DNA from: Girardia tigrina
Taxonomy: Eukaryota
Reading direction: 5' to 3'
Assembly: GCA_001938485.1 (NCBI GenBank)
Contig: MQRK01171103.1
Location: 1 to 64,000, forward strand
Length of the DNA: 64,000 nt
The position numbers and the translations under genes are program-made. This document shows positions 1 to 11,104 of the stretch, in pieces (within the stretch, counting starts at the first letter, position 1; each line of letters opens with the position of its first letter). The notes under the pieces were generated by a model. That model had not been told where the DNA came from and ran no database searches. It saw only the letters and a list, made by a program, of their open reading frames with translations.

Positions 1-39
<39 letters not shown>
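1..39. repeat. (AT)n microsatellite
   Basis: Pure AT dinucleotide run. Others occur at about 30105-30146, 31306-31341, 32273-32314, 55534-55656 (with N gap), 56896-56927, 58080-58135 and 59389-59410. Confidence 0.95.
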
Positions 40-44
<5 letters not shown>

Positions 45-2033
45 TTAAAAAAAAATTTAAGTAGAAGAAAGATAATGAATAAAGGAAAAGAGAATCAACA
101 GAGAAAATAATGCGATTTACATCAATTAAATTTTGACACGGGGATAATAATCCAAATTTGAACTGTATATAAAATCTTATTAGCAATGTTACTATTTTTT
201 TCGAGTGAATCATTTATTAGGAATTTTTAGATTTTTACACAAATTGTCCGAAAGCCGAGGCATGGGTAATTTAATTTATATTTGATACGAGATATAATTT
301 GACTATCGCTACTGCGATTTTGGGCAAAAATTTGGATCAAAATATTTGGTATTTAAATTTCAATTTTTATTCATGTCCAGACAAGGTCTAATTAAAATGA
401 ACAATTAATATTTTTTTAATTATCAAATAAATAAAATTGTAATGAAATACATAATTAGGAATTTATATAGATTTTTGAAACTAAAATCTTAATTTTGAAG
501 ATATTACAATTTTTGTTTAAGTGACCAAAAATAACATAATTATTCCATAAATATCTTCAATAATATATATATAATTATATGTATGTCAATAATAGTTAAG
601 TCTGATTAAGACTACATAAACTAAACAGTCTGAATTGTATTTTATTTGAATTTTATTTGAAAGTTATAATCTGGCAAAATATTCAAAGGAGACCTAAAAT
701 TTGCGTGGATGGATGACAAAATATCATATAAATACTCTTTTTATATAATGAATGAGTGACCAGTGGCCGGATCTAAAGGTAATCGGGAAATTGTAATATT
801 TTTTTCATTTTTCATCATTTGAGTGTTTTTTTTAAGGAAGCAGTTGAGAAACATTAAAATTAAGAAAGAGCATATGAAAACCAAAAAATCGCCATCTCTA
901 GTGTGAAATGTTTCATTTCAAACATGAAACATATGGTACAGGAAAATGTTTATATCACTTTTCTTCAAATATGTAAAAAGGAAATCATAATAAGAAATTA
1001 AGTTTTATTTTAAGATATATTGAATATTTTTTAGATTAGGACTTTGTTTATAGAATACTAAAAAATCCCTGAATTTTTAAGTGTTTGACCAATTTCGTAT
1101 AATTTTCACGAAGTAAAAAAACATGATAGCTGTTTAAAAGCCGGAAAAAGCTCAGAAGTCCGGTTTAATCCGAATTAGAAATTAGCACCAAACTATCAGG
1201 TCCGAAATTTCACTGTTGCATAACACAAAAACTAATATTAGATTGCCTTTCTTAACATGCTGGCTATTTTACCACTTTGAGAAGCTCGATCAGAAAACTA
1301 TACCTGAAATCATGACTGTAAATCTATCAAATTTTTGAAAATTTCCATAGATTCAAGGTCGAACACCAGAAATGGATACAGTTCAACCAATTTCGAAACA
1401 TCAAATCAAATAGGACTCTAATCTGTACAAATAAGCAGATTTCCATCCATGGAAAATTACTTTCGATCTTTGTAGTCTCCGGTGTTTTCTACCGCAGAAT
1501 CAATGTCAATTTAAGCTGGGTCTTCAAAAAATTTATTTTGAAACATTTCTGATTCCATTATATGTAGTCTCTTCATATACTTAAATTTCTTTTTAACAAA
1601 TTCAATGGGTCAATTAAATTTTGTCCACTATTGTGAAAGCCCGTAAAATAGAAAGTTCCTTAATTTTTAGTACGTGATATATTTATGTATGAAATAATAA
1701 TGATCCGGTCATTTTCAATATATAATTGTACATCAAGGTAAAGTTTTGAAATGATCTATACCTCGATATCTATTATTTCAATTTATTGTACTGAGAATGT
1801 CATATTTCATAAGATTCATTTTATGAGTGATTGTTAGGCAAATAAAAAAAACAATACATATCATAACAATGTGAAATCGGTGTTAGTTATCTAGAAAACA
1901 TGAAAACAAATGAGTAATAATTTATTCTGATTAACAATAACAATTTATATTTATCTAATTGGGGAACACTAATTATGTTATAAGATATATTTTAAAAGTC
2001 ATGTCACTGGTGTAAATAAGCATACATGTTCAT

Positions 2034-2429
2034 TGTGTCATCAGGGATCTCTGAGTGTAAGGATGTACCTCCGCGCGTTATCCCTGGGAAACTAGAGTTC
2101 TCTTCTCTAGGCTAAAGCGTCCTGCGTTGAGCCATTTGCTGTTTGAAAGGTCGGCAGCCGATGTATCGGTATTGGACTAGCAAACCAATACTTTGAAGGC
2201 CCAGCTTCATAAAACTGAATGACAGGCTTAGGAAGTAGTGACCCTGCAGTCGTGTGGTGGACTGCATTGCAATGATCCAAGATTTCTAATCTTGGTGAGG
2301 GGTGTTGTGAAGCCAGTTCGCCGGTGGAGCTTAGGCATGTAAATCCTTACTTAGTGCCTTTCGAAGCTGTAAACGTCTCAGACCTTCTAAAAAGCCTCAG
2401 ACTTAATATCTTTAAAGGATGAGAGGATC
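2034..2429 (+). mobile_element. Non-autonomous retroelement or RTE-type 5' UTR remnant, GC-rich and highly structured
   Basis: GC-rich island with an HDV-like ribozyme near its 5' end, followed by stems GTATTGG/CCAATAC (2169-2191), TGCAGTC/GACTGCA (2245-2266), CCAAGATT/AATCTTGG (2277-2295) and AGGCA/TGCCT (2333-2359). Flanked by a putative TSD, ACATGTTCAT (2024-2033) and ACATGCTCAT (2430-2439). The RTE assignment is inferred from known RTE 5' ribozymes. Confidence 0.55.
2043..2123 (+). ncRNA. HDV-like self-cleaving ribozyme (slightly degenerate)
   Basis: P1 AGGGAT (2043-48)/ATCCCT (2080-85); P2 AGGATGT (2060-66)/GCGTCCT (2117-23); P3 ACC/GTT with one mismatch; L3 TCCGCGC; P1.1 CC (2071-72)/GG (2086-87); P4 CTAGAG/CTCTAG; J4/2 CTAA with the catalytic-position C at 2112. 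Confidence 0.7.
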
Positions 2430-2530
2430 ACATGCTCATACATAACACATTTGCATCAACAAACGTAATATCATCAACCCTACATAATATCAATCTAATC
2501 ATTATATAATTATTCTTACTTACACTTGGT

Positions 2531-2658
2531 ATTCTCTTCTACCTTACTAACATGTTTTTGTTGGTTAATAATGCCATTATTTTTTCATATATATTATATA
2601 TGATAAAATAATAGCATTGATCAACAGCGAACAACATGATAGTAAGGTTGAAGAGAAT
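2531..2658. repeat. Imperfect palindrome or foldback with arms of about 63 bp
   Basis: Left arm ATTCTCTTCTACCTTACTAACATGTT...TCATATA is the near reverse complement of right arm TATATGA...AACATGATAGTAAGGTTGAAGAGAAT. Confidence 0.8.
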
Positions 2659-3302
2659 GTCCACACCAAGGTACTATGTCAAACCCAGCAGATGTTCAAT
2701 ATTGTCAGACACGTCTTCAATAAATGAAACAGCAGTCAAAATCATAACCAATCGTGATTTTTCAACTGCATAGAAAAGGATAACTCAGTCTAAACGAACA
2801 TCATTCTTCAAGATAAGAGATGCATTACATTACTATTAATTTATGAATAATTCTCCAATAAATCAATAATTAAATAAATTTTACTTTATTGAATTTTTAA
2901 ATATATGTAAACAATTTTTTTTTAAATCTTTAAATTTAAAACAAACTGGCCATTTTAATTTGTAGGAATGCACTATTCATACTCAAGTTTACCACCAATC
3001 TTTTTAATTCAATAACGCTTGAACTCAATAGCAGGGTTTATATCTTATTAGCATTCCTTTAAAAATATTCCCCAAACATTATAATACAAAATGGCGCCAT
3101 GTGACGCCGATTTTCTACCAGTTAATTAAAATTAACAATAAATGTCTACTTAAATAACTCTCAGTTCCGTTGAATGATGATTGATGAAGGATTTTCCACG
3201 TGTTTAGTAAAGGATATGCTTAAATAATTTATATGATGTCTATACATAATTAATCGTATTTTATTCATCTTTCTTTACAAACAGTCAATGTGGATATCAT
3301 AC

Positions 3303-3536
3303 CTGTACATCGTCTAACAGGGCAAGTATTCCAATCACCGGAAGGACTAGTGAAACACCACGGACTGTTTGATTGAATCATATTTTGGATTTCAAATTTA
3401 GGGTTTCTGCAGTAGTTGCTGTCGGATGGGGGCATATTTTCATACGAAGGAAACAGTTTCCACGCCAAACATGGTGTTCCACTCACCGTTTGGGAAAGGG
3501 AGCCAACATAATCTGATCCGGTACCGTTAAAACAGT
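3303..3536 (-). CDS. ror: ROR-like receptor, exon I: kringle domain
   Basis: ttttaag|AC...ACAG|gtatga, 234 nt, phase 1-1. Encodes (D)CFNGTGSDYVGSLSQTVSGTPCLAWKLFPSYENMPPSDSNYCRNPKFEIQNMIQSNSPWCFTSPSGDWNTCPVRRCT, with 6 Cys and the NYCRNP and PWCF motifs. Confidence 0.92.
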
Positions 3537-3732
3537 CTTAAAAGTAAAGAAGAAAATAAAGAAATTATCTTTTTAAAATACTACTTAAAACTTAAAATAA
3601 ATTTTTAGTAATATTTACAAGGTATAAAGTAAAAGCCTCAAAATTAGTGCATTAGTAAAAAATTCTCAAGAGTAATAAGTCCCAAATTGAGAATAATCCT
3701 AATATTCATTAATTTAGAAGAATAATTCTTAC

Positions 3733-3843
3733 CGATTTCTCTTGGCTGAGTTTTCGGCCTGACAGGTGTAGATGGTATTTCGTTGAACCTGAAGCAGCCC
3801 GGATTATTGTTCAGGGACTCGCATTTGGGCACTGACACCAGGT
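3733..3843 (-). CDS. ror: ROR-like receptor, exon H: end of CRD plus linker
   Basis: tttatag|AC...ATCG|gtaaga, 111 nt, phase 1-1. Encodes (Y)LVSVPKCESLNNNPGCFRFNEIPSTPVRPKTQPREI, which supplies the last two CRD cysteines. Confidence 0.9.
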
Positions 3844-5149
3844 CTATAAAGGAACAACATTAACTCTAGATATGTCTTTTTGAGTAGTAATAATTGTCAT
3901 TTGAACATTCCAACTGCAATCAAATCTGGGCTCTCTGACGATTTTATAATTCATCATTGTCTTTCAATTGATATTGTTTGTTTCATTTAAAATCAAATAT
4001 TAATATAATTCAAATTTACAATTAATTAGCGAAAACAATTTTTAATTAAAAAGAAATAAATTACTACTGTTAATTACGGATGATTTTGTAAATAAAATAA
4101 AGAATTTGTTATTTCATAATTATATTATATTGTTGCATTAACTTTTCTTTCAAATACTGATATTAAAATAAAACAATCGAAATAGAATATTTCCAAGTTG
4201 CTACCGTCATGATCAGATCACTAATTCTGATGGTGAATAGTGAACTAATGAGCACATAATTAATCGAATACTATGTAAATTATTAGAAGCTCGTTGTGAG
4301 AATCGGTCTCTGATCTAAAGATTGTTCGCACAAAGTTCAGAATTCTGCCAGGTACTATTGAAAGATAGTGTCGTGCGAATGCTTTCGAGAAAGATTTCAT
4401 AATCTTAAAATCCTTGTCAGATTACACTTAACTATTTCTTTTCAATTTCTTATTAAGTTTATACAATTAGGGTACACGCTCATTGTCTATATATAATCAA
4501 CGAGTTCCATAAGTGTCATATGCTAATGGCTTAAAGTCGTTGAAATATAAAAATAAAAAGTATTACTTCAAATATCGTAGTTCCTAGAATTTATTTTAAT
4601 TTACAATTTATTAGTTTAATAGCAAGTAATACTGTTTCAAAAGTAAAAATATGTAAAACCTTTTCACCTGTAGGAAAGAAATCTTAGGTCCGTATTTGCA
4701 TTATTATAGTTCATAATTGATCTAATTTTTTTGCTTAGAACAAAACTTAGAAAAACCATTGTCAGATAAAAAACGGATAGTTACTCATTAATAGAGGTTC
4801 TAATCACGAGATCCGAATTTAGCGTGACAAAATATTGGTCCCGAAATCCTTGGATCTTGTTTGAAATCAAAATTAGCATTCAGCATTTTGTGAAAAATGT
4901 GTTTTTAAATATGAATAAATAAATATAAATAAAATATTAATAGACTTCCGTGAACTCAAAATATTTATTAAGTTGTCAAGTATGAAATTGTAGGCATGGT
5001 TACAATAAATATAAATAGTTATAATTTGACAATCACTTAAAAACATTTGGTGATCAGTTTTTTTGTTTGATTGCTGCATATCTTGGATATTGAATACATC
5101 AATAAAAATTAATTAAAATTATTGATAACTTGTTCGAATAATCAGTATT

Positions 5150-5490
5150 TTGAAAAATGGAGAAGGTAGAAATTTTAACTATTATTAAGTACAAGTTCCT
5201 ACTTATCAGAAACAATGACAGTCTAAAATTGGTCCAGAAAATTCGTGGAAGGTAATTTAACTTCAATAATGAGTCTCTGGTTCACCCAGAAACACAGGTA
5301 TACAATGATGAACTAAATGTAATCCTGATGTTGGATCCATCAGAAAGCGTGACCCGACAAAATGACTCATTTATGATGAAAAATGGATCCAATATGATAA
5401 TCGCAAACATTCAGCAAGCTGGATGGACACGAATGAAGCACAGAAACACAGTTCAAAGGACAATATTCACCGACAGAAGTTGATGGTTTA
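5150..5490 (+). mobile_element. Degenerate mariner transposase fragment
   Basis: Translates in part to YDEKWIQYDNRKHSASWMDTNEAQKHSSKDNIHRQKLMV (mariner DEKW region). Internally deleted. Confidence 0.7.
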
Positions 5491-6813
5491 GTAAATGTTA
5501 GCTATAAGAGTTGTCGAAGAAATAAGAAATTGTACTTTCTGAAAAGTTTATGATGAAATTTATATTCCTCATTTATATTGATGTTTAATATACTTTTTAC
5601 GTTTTATCTTACAGTTCTGTAATAAGTCTTTTAAATTTATCCCTCACACAAGGTAATAATTTAACAGTATTTGCATAGTTTTATAGGGAGGCTTATAACC
5701 GAATATTTGAATTCTTTAAACGGTTGATGAATATAACATCCAAATATTCAAAAGAGTACTCATGTTTTCATATATTAATGTTATCTTTTTTTCAGTATGA
5801 AGTCTCTTTGGTTATATAGTCTGACAAATGATATAAATAAATATTTCATTTAATTATTTTTTAAATAAATTTATTCTTTTCGATAATCTATGCTATGCCA
5901 TTGTCAAGTTCAATTAGCAACTAGTAATTTCACTGTTTAGGTACACGAAAAGTGCAGTTAAATAACATTAAACTAAACAAATATTTTCTAACTCTAGCAA
6001 ATCAACCAAATATCAAGAATTAACGTTCCTGAAGCAAAAAAGAGCTATTTGCTACATAATGCTACAATTCCATTTGAAAGAGTTTTGTGTAATCAAATTA
6101 GTCTTTCGATGAGCTTTAGCAAAATAATAAAAGTAAATGAGGCAATCATTTATTCTATTTTAATTAGTTTTTGACATTAAAGGTTTCATCAGCTTGCTGT
6201 TCTGTTAATAGGATTTCATTATTTTTTAACTGACAAAAGTGACTGATACATGAGTGATAGATTCTCCATTTCTGTTTCGTTTTTATTATCAAGACTCTAG
6301 CGTTTTACAAAGAAGAAAAGAAAGAATACATTTGTAAATCCCAAGATAACTGTTCTTCTTTCATTGTTTCTATTATTGTTTTCTAATTATTAAAATCAAA
6401 TAAAACTGAAATTTTCAAAAAATAAATTTTCACACTTCTTATACATTAGTATTGATTCATTATGTCAGTAATAAAAAATATTTTACTCTTTTATTCATTT
6501 TTATGTACTTTTTGGTTTAAGATTTTCAATTTATATTTTATATTTCTTAAAAAAATAATTTAGCGAAGAGGTTTTAATTAACTTAGTTCATATTTCTGAC
6601 TATATTAATAATATTAGGAGTTAATTAAAAAGTTCGTGACGCCAAATAATTTATTTAGAAAATTCCAATCCAATTTTATAATTTAAAAAAATTTAGTAAG
6701 TAATTTAAAATAAAAAACCTGAAGTATTTCTAATTCAAAACTTTTCAGAAGATAAAATTTACGATGATGACTTCTAATAGTGAAAATGATATTAACGCAA
6801 CTAACAAATAATA

Positions 6814-8079
6814 TCGGGTTAGCCAAAAAGTCATTGCGTTTTTGAGTACGTCCTAATAAAAAGCTTGAAAATATAAAACAATGTGATAAAATTTAAATTC
6901 AATTATATATTCTGAAATATCAATTTTCAGATTATGTTTATACAAAATATTAATTGATTTTGTTTTAATTTATTACTTTACCGTCAATTGGAAATGGAAA
7001 ATAAAAATGAGCATATTCGTCATGTTTTGTTGCATTATTTTCGCAAAGGAAAAACCGCTGTGCAAGCTCATAAGAAGATATGTTTTGTATATGGTAGTGA
7101 CTCCTTAACACTTCGACAGTGTCAATACTGGTTTTCTAAATTTCGTTCTGAAAAATTTCATCTGAAGATGCACCACGCTCCGGTCGACCAGTTGAAGTTG
7201 ATGGCGACAAAATAACAACACTGATCAAATTTAATCCACATATGACGACAAGAGAAGTTGCAGAGACTCTGGAAATATCAAAATCAAGTGTTGGAAGTCA
7301 TTTAAAGAAANNNNNNNNNNNNNNNNNNNNNNNNNNNNNNNNNNNNNNNNNNNNNNNNNNNNNNNNNNNNNNNNNNNNNNNNNTTTGAAGCGAGAATAAA
7401 GTGATCCATTTTTGAAGCGCTTGATTACGGGTGACGAAAAATGGATTGTTTACAACAATGTGGAACGCCGACGATCATGGACAAAACGTGGTGAGCCTGC
7501 CACAACGATCCCAAAAGCAGAAATTCACCAAAAGAAGGTTATGCTTTCCGTCTGGTGGGATTTTAAAGGAATTGTGTTTTTTGAACTCCTTTCGAGGAAT
7601 GAAACCATCAATTCAGACAGATATTGTGATCAGCTAGAGAAATTGGCTCATTCAATTCAACAGGAACATCCTGAATTCTCAAATCGAAAAGGAGTTGTAA
7701 TTCAGTATGATAACGCAAGACCGCATACACGTTTGATTACTCACCAGAAACTCTTATCACTGGGTTTGGAGGTTTTGCCGCACCCACCGTGTTATCCAGA
7801 CTTGGCCCCATCGGATTTTCACTTATTTAGATCATTGAAGAATTCCTTAAACAGAAAAACATTCGCCAGTGATGATGACATCAAATCGTTCCTAGACGGC
7901 TTTTTTGCTGACAAAGGTAAAGGTCTTTATGAATCAGGAATAATGAAGCTACCGGAAAGGTGGAAGAAAGTGATTGAAAATAATGGACAGTATATCGTGT
8001 AAAAATATTTGTGCATCCATGTTATTTTTTGATAATAAATATTTTAGTAAAAAACGCAATGACTATTTTGCCAACCCAA
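6814..8079 (+). mobile_element. Near full-length mariner (DD34D), probably mellifera-like, inactive
   Basis: TA-flanked TIRs TCGGGTTAGCCAAAAAGTCATTGCGTTTTT and AAAAACGCAATGACTATTTTGCCAACCCAA; about 1.27 kb. Transposase at about 6994-8002 with TGDEKW, DNARPH and PDLAPSDFHLF; frameshift near 7160 and N gap 7311-7383. Confidence 0.95.
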
Positions 8080-8519
8080 TATAATGTTATAGTATTTTTA
8101 TTCTATAGTATTTGAAATTATTGCCTTGTAAATTCTTAATTCCTTAGTCCAAAATAAACAATAGTTGCCAAAATCTGAAACATCCACTATTAATATGAAT
8201 CTGAAAAATGAAATATCCTTTTATATTAGATTAACTCTTTTGCTTTTTGTCAGTATTAATTAATTATAATGTGATTAAAAGCAAAATCTGTTTGATTTTT
8301 TTCATTTAAAAAGAAAAAAAAATCTTTCAATAGAATTAGAAGCTGGAGAGAAAAAAACAAAATCTTCTGTAATATAAGAATATATATATATATTATTTTA
8401 TGCATTCTATTTTTTTTTAATTTTGCATAATCATATACATCTTCAAAAATAATTACAAAGAAAAATTTTATGCATAAATTTTGTAGGATAATTTTTTAAG
8501 TTTTAAACTAATTTTCGAC

Positions 8520-9950
8520 AAACTAATTCGGGTTTTGAGATGAGAATTTGTCTTTTTAATGTGGGCCTCCCATCTCTTTCGAATGGTATTGAGCCTCTAG
8601 GCTCTTTAGAGGGTCCACCACAACTAAAGAATCACTAGCAGCCCCTCGATAGGCTTCCTACGGGGTCGGATAGTTTCGGTCTCCGAGATCTTTTCGGCTT
8701 CCCTGTGAGAAACGACCACCCATGGGTTGTATAGCCATGGTTCTGGATACCTTTGGCTGTATTCGTGGACTTCGTACAGCCGCGAAAGTAATATCTGAAC
8801 TCCCCCTTGCAGTTAGATCTGCAATCCTAAAAGTCAGATGTGTTTCTTCAGTACCTATCGCTTCTTCTACCGCCGTCGAGATAGTCGGGGGGTCCGTCAC
8901 GGATTGAATCTGGTTGCCAGGAATGTTGAGGTTTTCTACGACTCTTTCTTCTGTGGTATTTGTTGTACTGATTTGTGCTTGTGTCATTGTCGGTTCTCCA
9001 ATTTCTTCTGTCTCCTCCAATTTATGATCCCAGTAGAGGTGCCTTGTCAGCCACCCCTTCGTTTTGAAAGACTTTTTATATAGTGTACATGGGTTTTTTA
9101 ATGTACGAGTTTTTACACCCGTGACAATTAAATTTATGAACCAGATTAGGTTGCAATCAACAATTCATTTTTGATTTATTCGAGGAAGCTTTGAACTTTT
9201 GATGTAATTGGAGTTACTTTGAAACTACCTATATTCTTTCAAATAATTTTCTTAAATAGTTTAAATCCTTCAGAATATAATAATTCGATTATTTGTTAGT
9301 GCTATTCAACGTTTTCTTTCTTTAATCATTTTATCCCTTGTTTGTGTACATAATTAGTTCAATGTAACCTTAATGTTGGGATCTATCTTTTTGTTTGAGT
9401 ACATTTGTTCCCTCGTTCGTCCTTTAAGAATATTTAAACCATGCTCTATTATTTTCAAATTGGAAGACAAATTCCGAACTCTGTCATTTAAGCCCTCTAT
9501 CATACCATCCATCTATTTTCCTCATAAAAGTTTGGTGGTTATTTGTAGAGACCTGTATCTGTTGTCTTTCTGAATAATTCACTTCGATATTTTCCATCTA
9601 TCCTATTGAGATGAATGCCAAGAAATGAATATTCGTTATTTACTTCCGATTCATTATTGATAAGTCGCTAAAACCCATTAATAAACATTCATAATGGACA
9701 AAGTAAAGCCGTTTCATATCTTAAAGTCTTTAAATCAATTTTTTAAAAATTTTGCAATATTTTTCTAATAATATCTGAAATAATTAAATTATATTAAAAA
9801 GTGATTCCTTTAAAACTAACTTTTATAAAACTAATATTAAAAATAACAAATACTACATTAAAAATGTTGATGATGGAATAAGAAATTCCAAAACATGTTT
9901 AATAATCCATTTCTTAAAAATGTTTAAATAAAGTTATTTTTCACAAATAA
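8520..9950 (-). mobile_element. Degenerate Penelope-like element (RT thumb to GIY-YIG) with an inverted pLTR at its 5' end, interrupted by an insertion
   Basis: 9095-9645 on the minus strand is homologous to 30650-31190. The GIY-YIG segment SYIKK continues as TNSHLKTRIS at 8523-8562. 9645-9950 on the plus strand is the endonuclease C-terminus (NGQSKAV) plus a pLTR with a degenerate hammerhead, TTGATGA-TGGAAT..ATTCC-AAAACATGT (about 9867-9898). Confidence 0.8.
8563..9094 (-). mobile_element. 532-bp inserted coding fragment: C2H2 zinc finger plus T/E/P-rich linker, possibly from a zinc-finger non-LTR retrotransposon
   Basis: Flanked by the 10-bp direct repeat TTTTTAATGT (8553-62 and 9095-9104). 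One frame is open across the insert apart from a single TAG: PCTLYKKSFKTKGWLTRHLYWDHKLEETEE... Confidence 0.65.
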
Positions 9951-11104
9951 TTTGACACTATCAATTATCATTTTAAAATACATAAAGGGATGATATCAAT
10001 CAATATTCGAAAATTTTATTTATTTATTTTTAGTTCTGTGACTTCGATTATTGTAATCCAATTAATTGAAGCATCCTTTCAGTAATCAGTGTCGGTTTTA
10101 ATTGAAAGACTACATAAATATACGGGTCAAGATTCTCTTGTTATTTAAGGTCCAATGCCTAACACAAACAGAAATATAAAATGAAAACGAATTGAATTTC
10201 AAAATTTCTAATGGAAATTTGACAAATTCTAAACTTGGAGTCATTTGTAATACATGAAATGCAAAATATGAAAACAAAACCAATTTCTTGGATTAATAAA
10301 CATTATTAGTATCCGTATGTAGAAAATTATGAGACACTTTTATTATGTTTTATTTAAAAATTAAAATAAAACGCGATTTTTGTTTCGAAATCAATTTCTT
10401 TTGTAGAATTATTTTTGTGAATAGTGAAATAGAGTTTCCGGAATCACTCGAGTGATTGATGAAATCTGTCCATCGGAGCAATGTTTAATTCACGATGCAA
10501 ATGAAGCCTTTGAGCAATTGATTAAAATGGAAATCTCGTACTGCATTCATTCCTACCATACATAAAACCGCATATGATTATCTATAAAAGTATTAGACTT
10601 ACTTTTACTAATTTACTTTGTAATTACCAAAAATTTTCATTTTTTAGGAAATAGTTTGCCAGTTTTTTTACTCTTTAAAATTAATTTGGTTTCTCAAGAA
10701 TACTTGAGAGGAGTAATTACTGATAAAATTTTGCAATAATTAATTCCAGGGAAGCAGATATTTAACTTATTATTTATAAGGTCTACCCAGCACATCACAT
10801 TATAAGAATAATTTTATTAATTATTCGATAAAACAAAACGCTCTTTTTAATAATACTTTTTCCATCAAGTAATTTCTTATGCAATTTTGAATGACAAGAA
10901 ATAGAATTTAAAATATTATTATGTTTTTTCACTATTATTCTTATTTTCTAATTATTATTATTATTATTATTATGCAGTTAAAATTTTCAATTTGCTAAAT
11001 AATTTATAAAAAATTTTAATTAAAATTATTTAATCTTATAATACATAAAGTTTATTAAACAAAAAAATAGAACAAATATTGTTTAAAAAACCAAGAAAAA
11101 TTAA

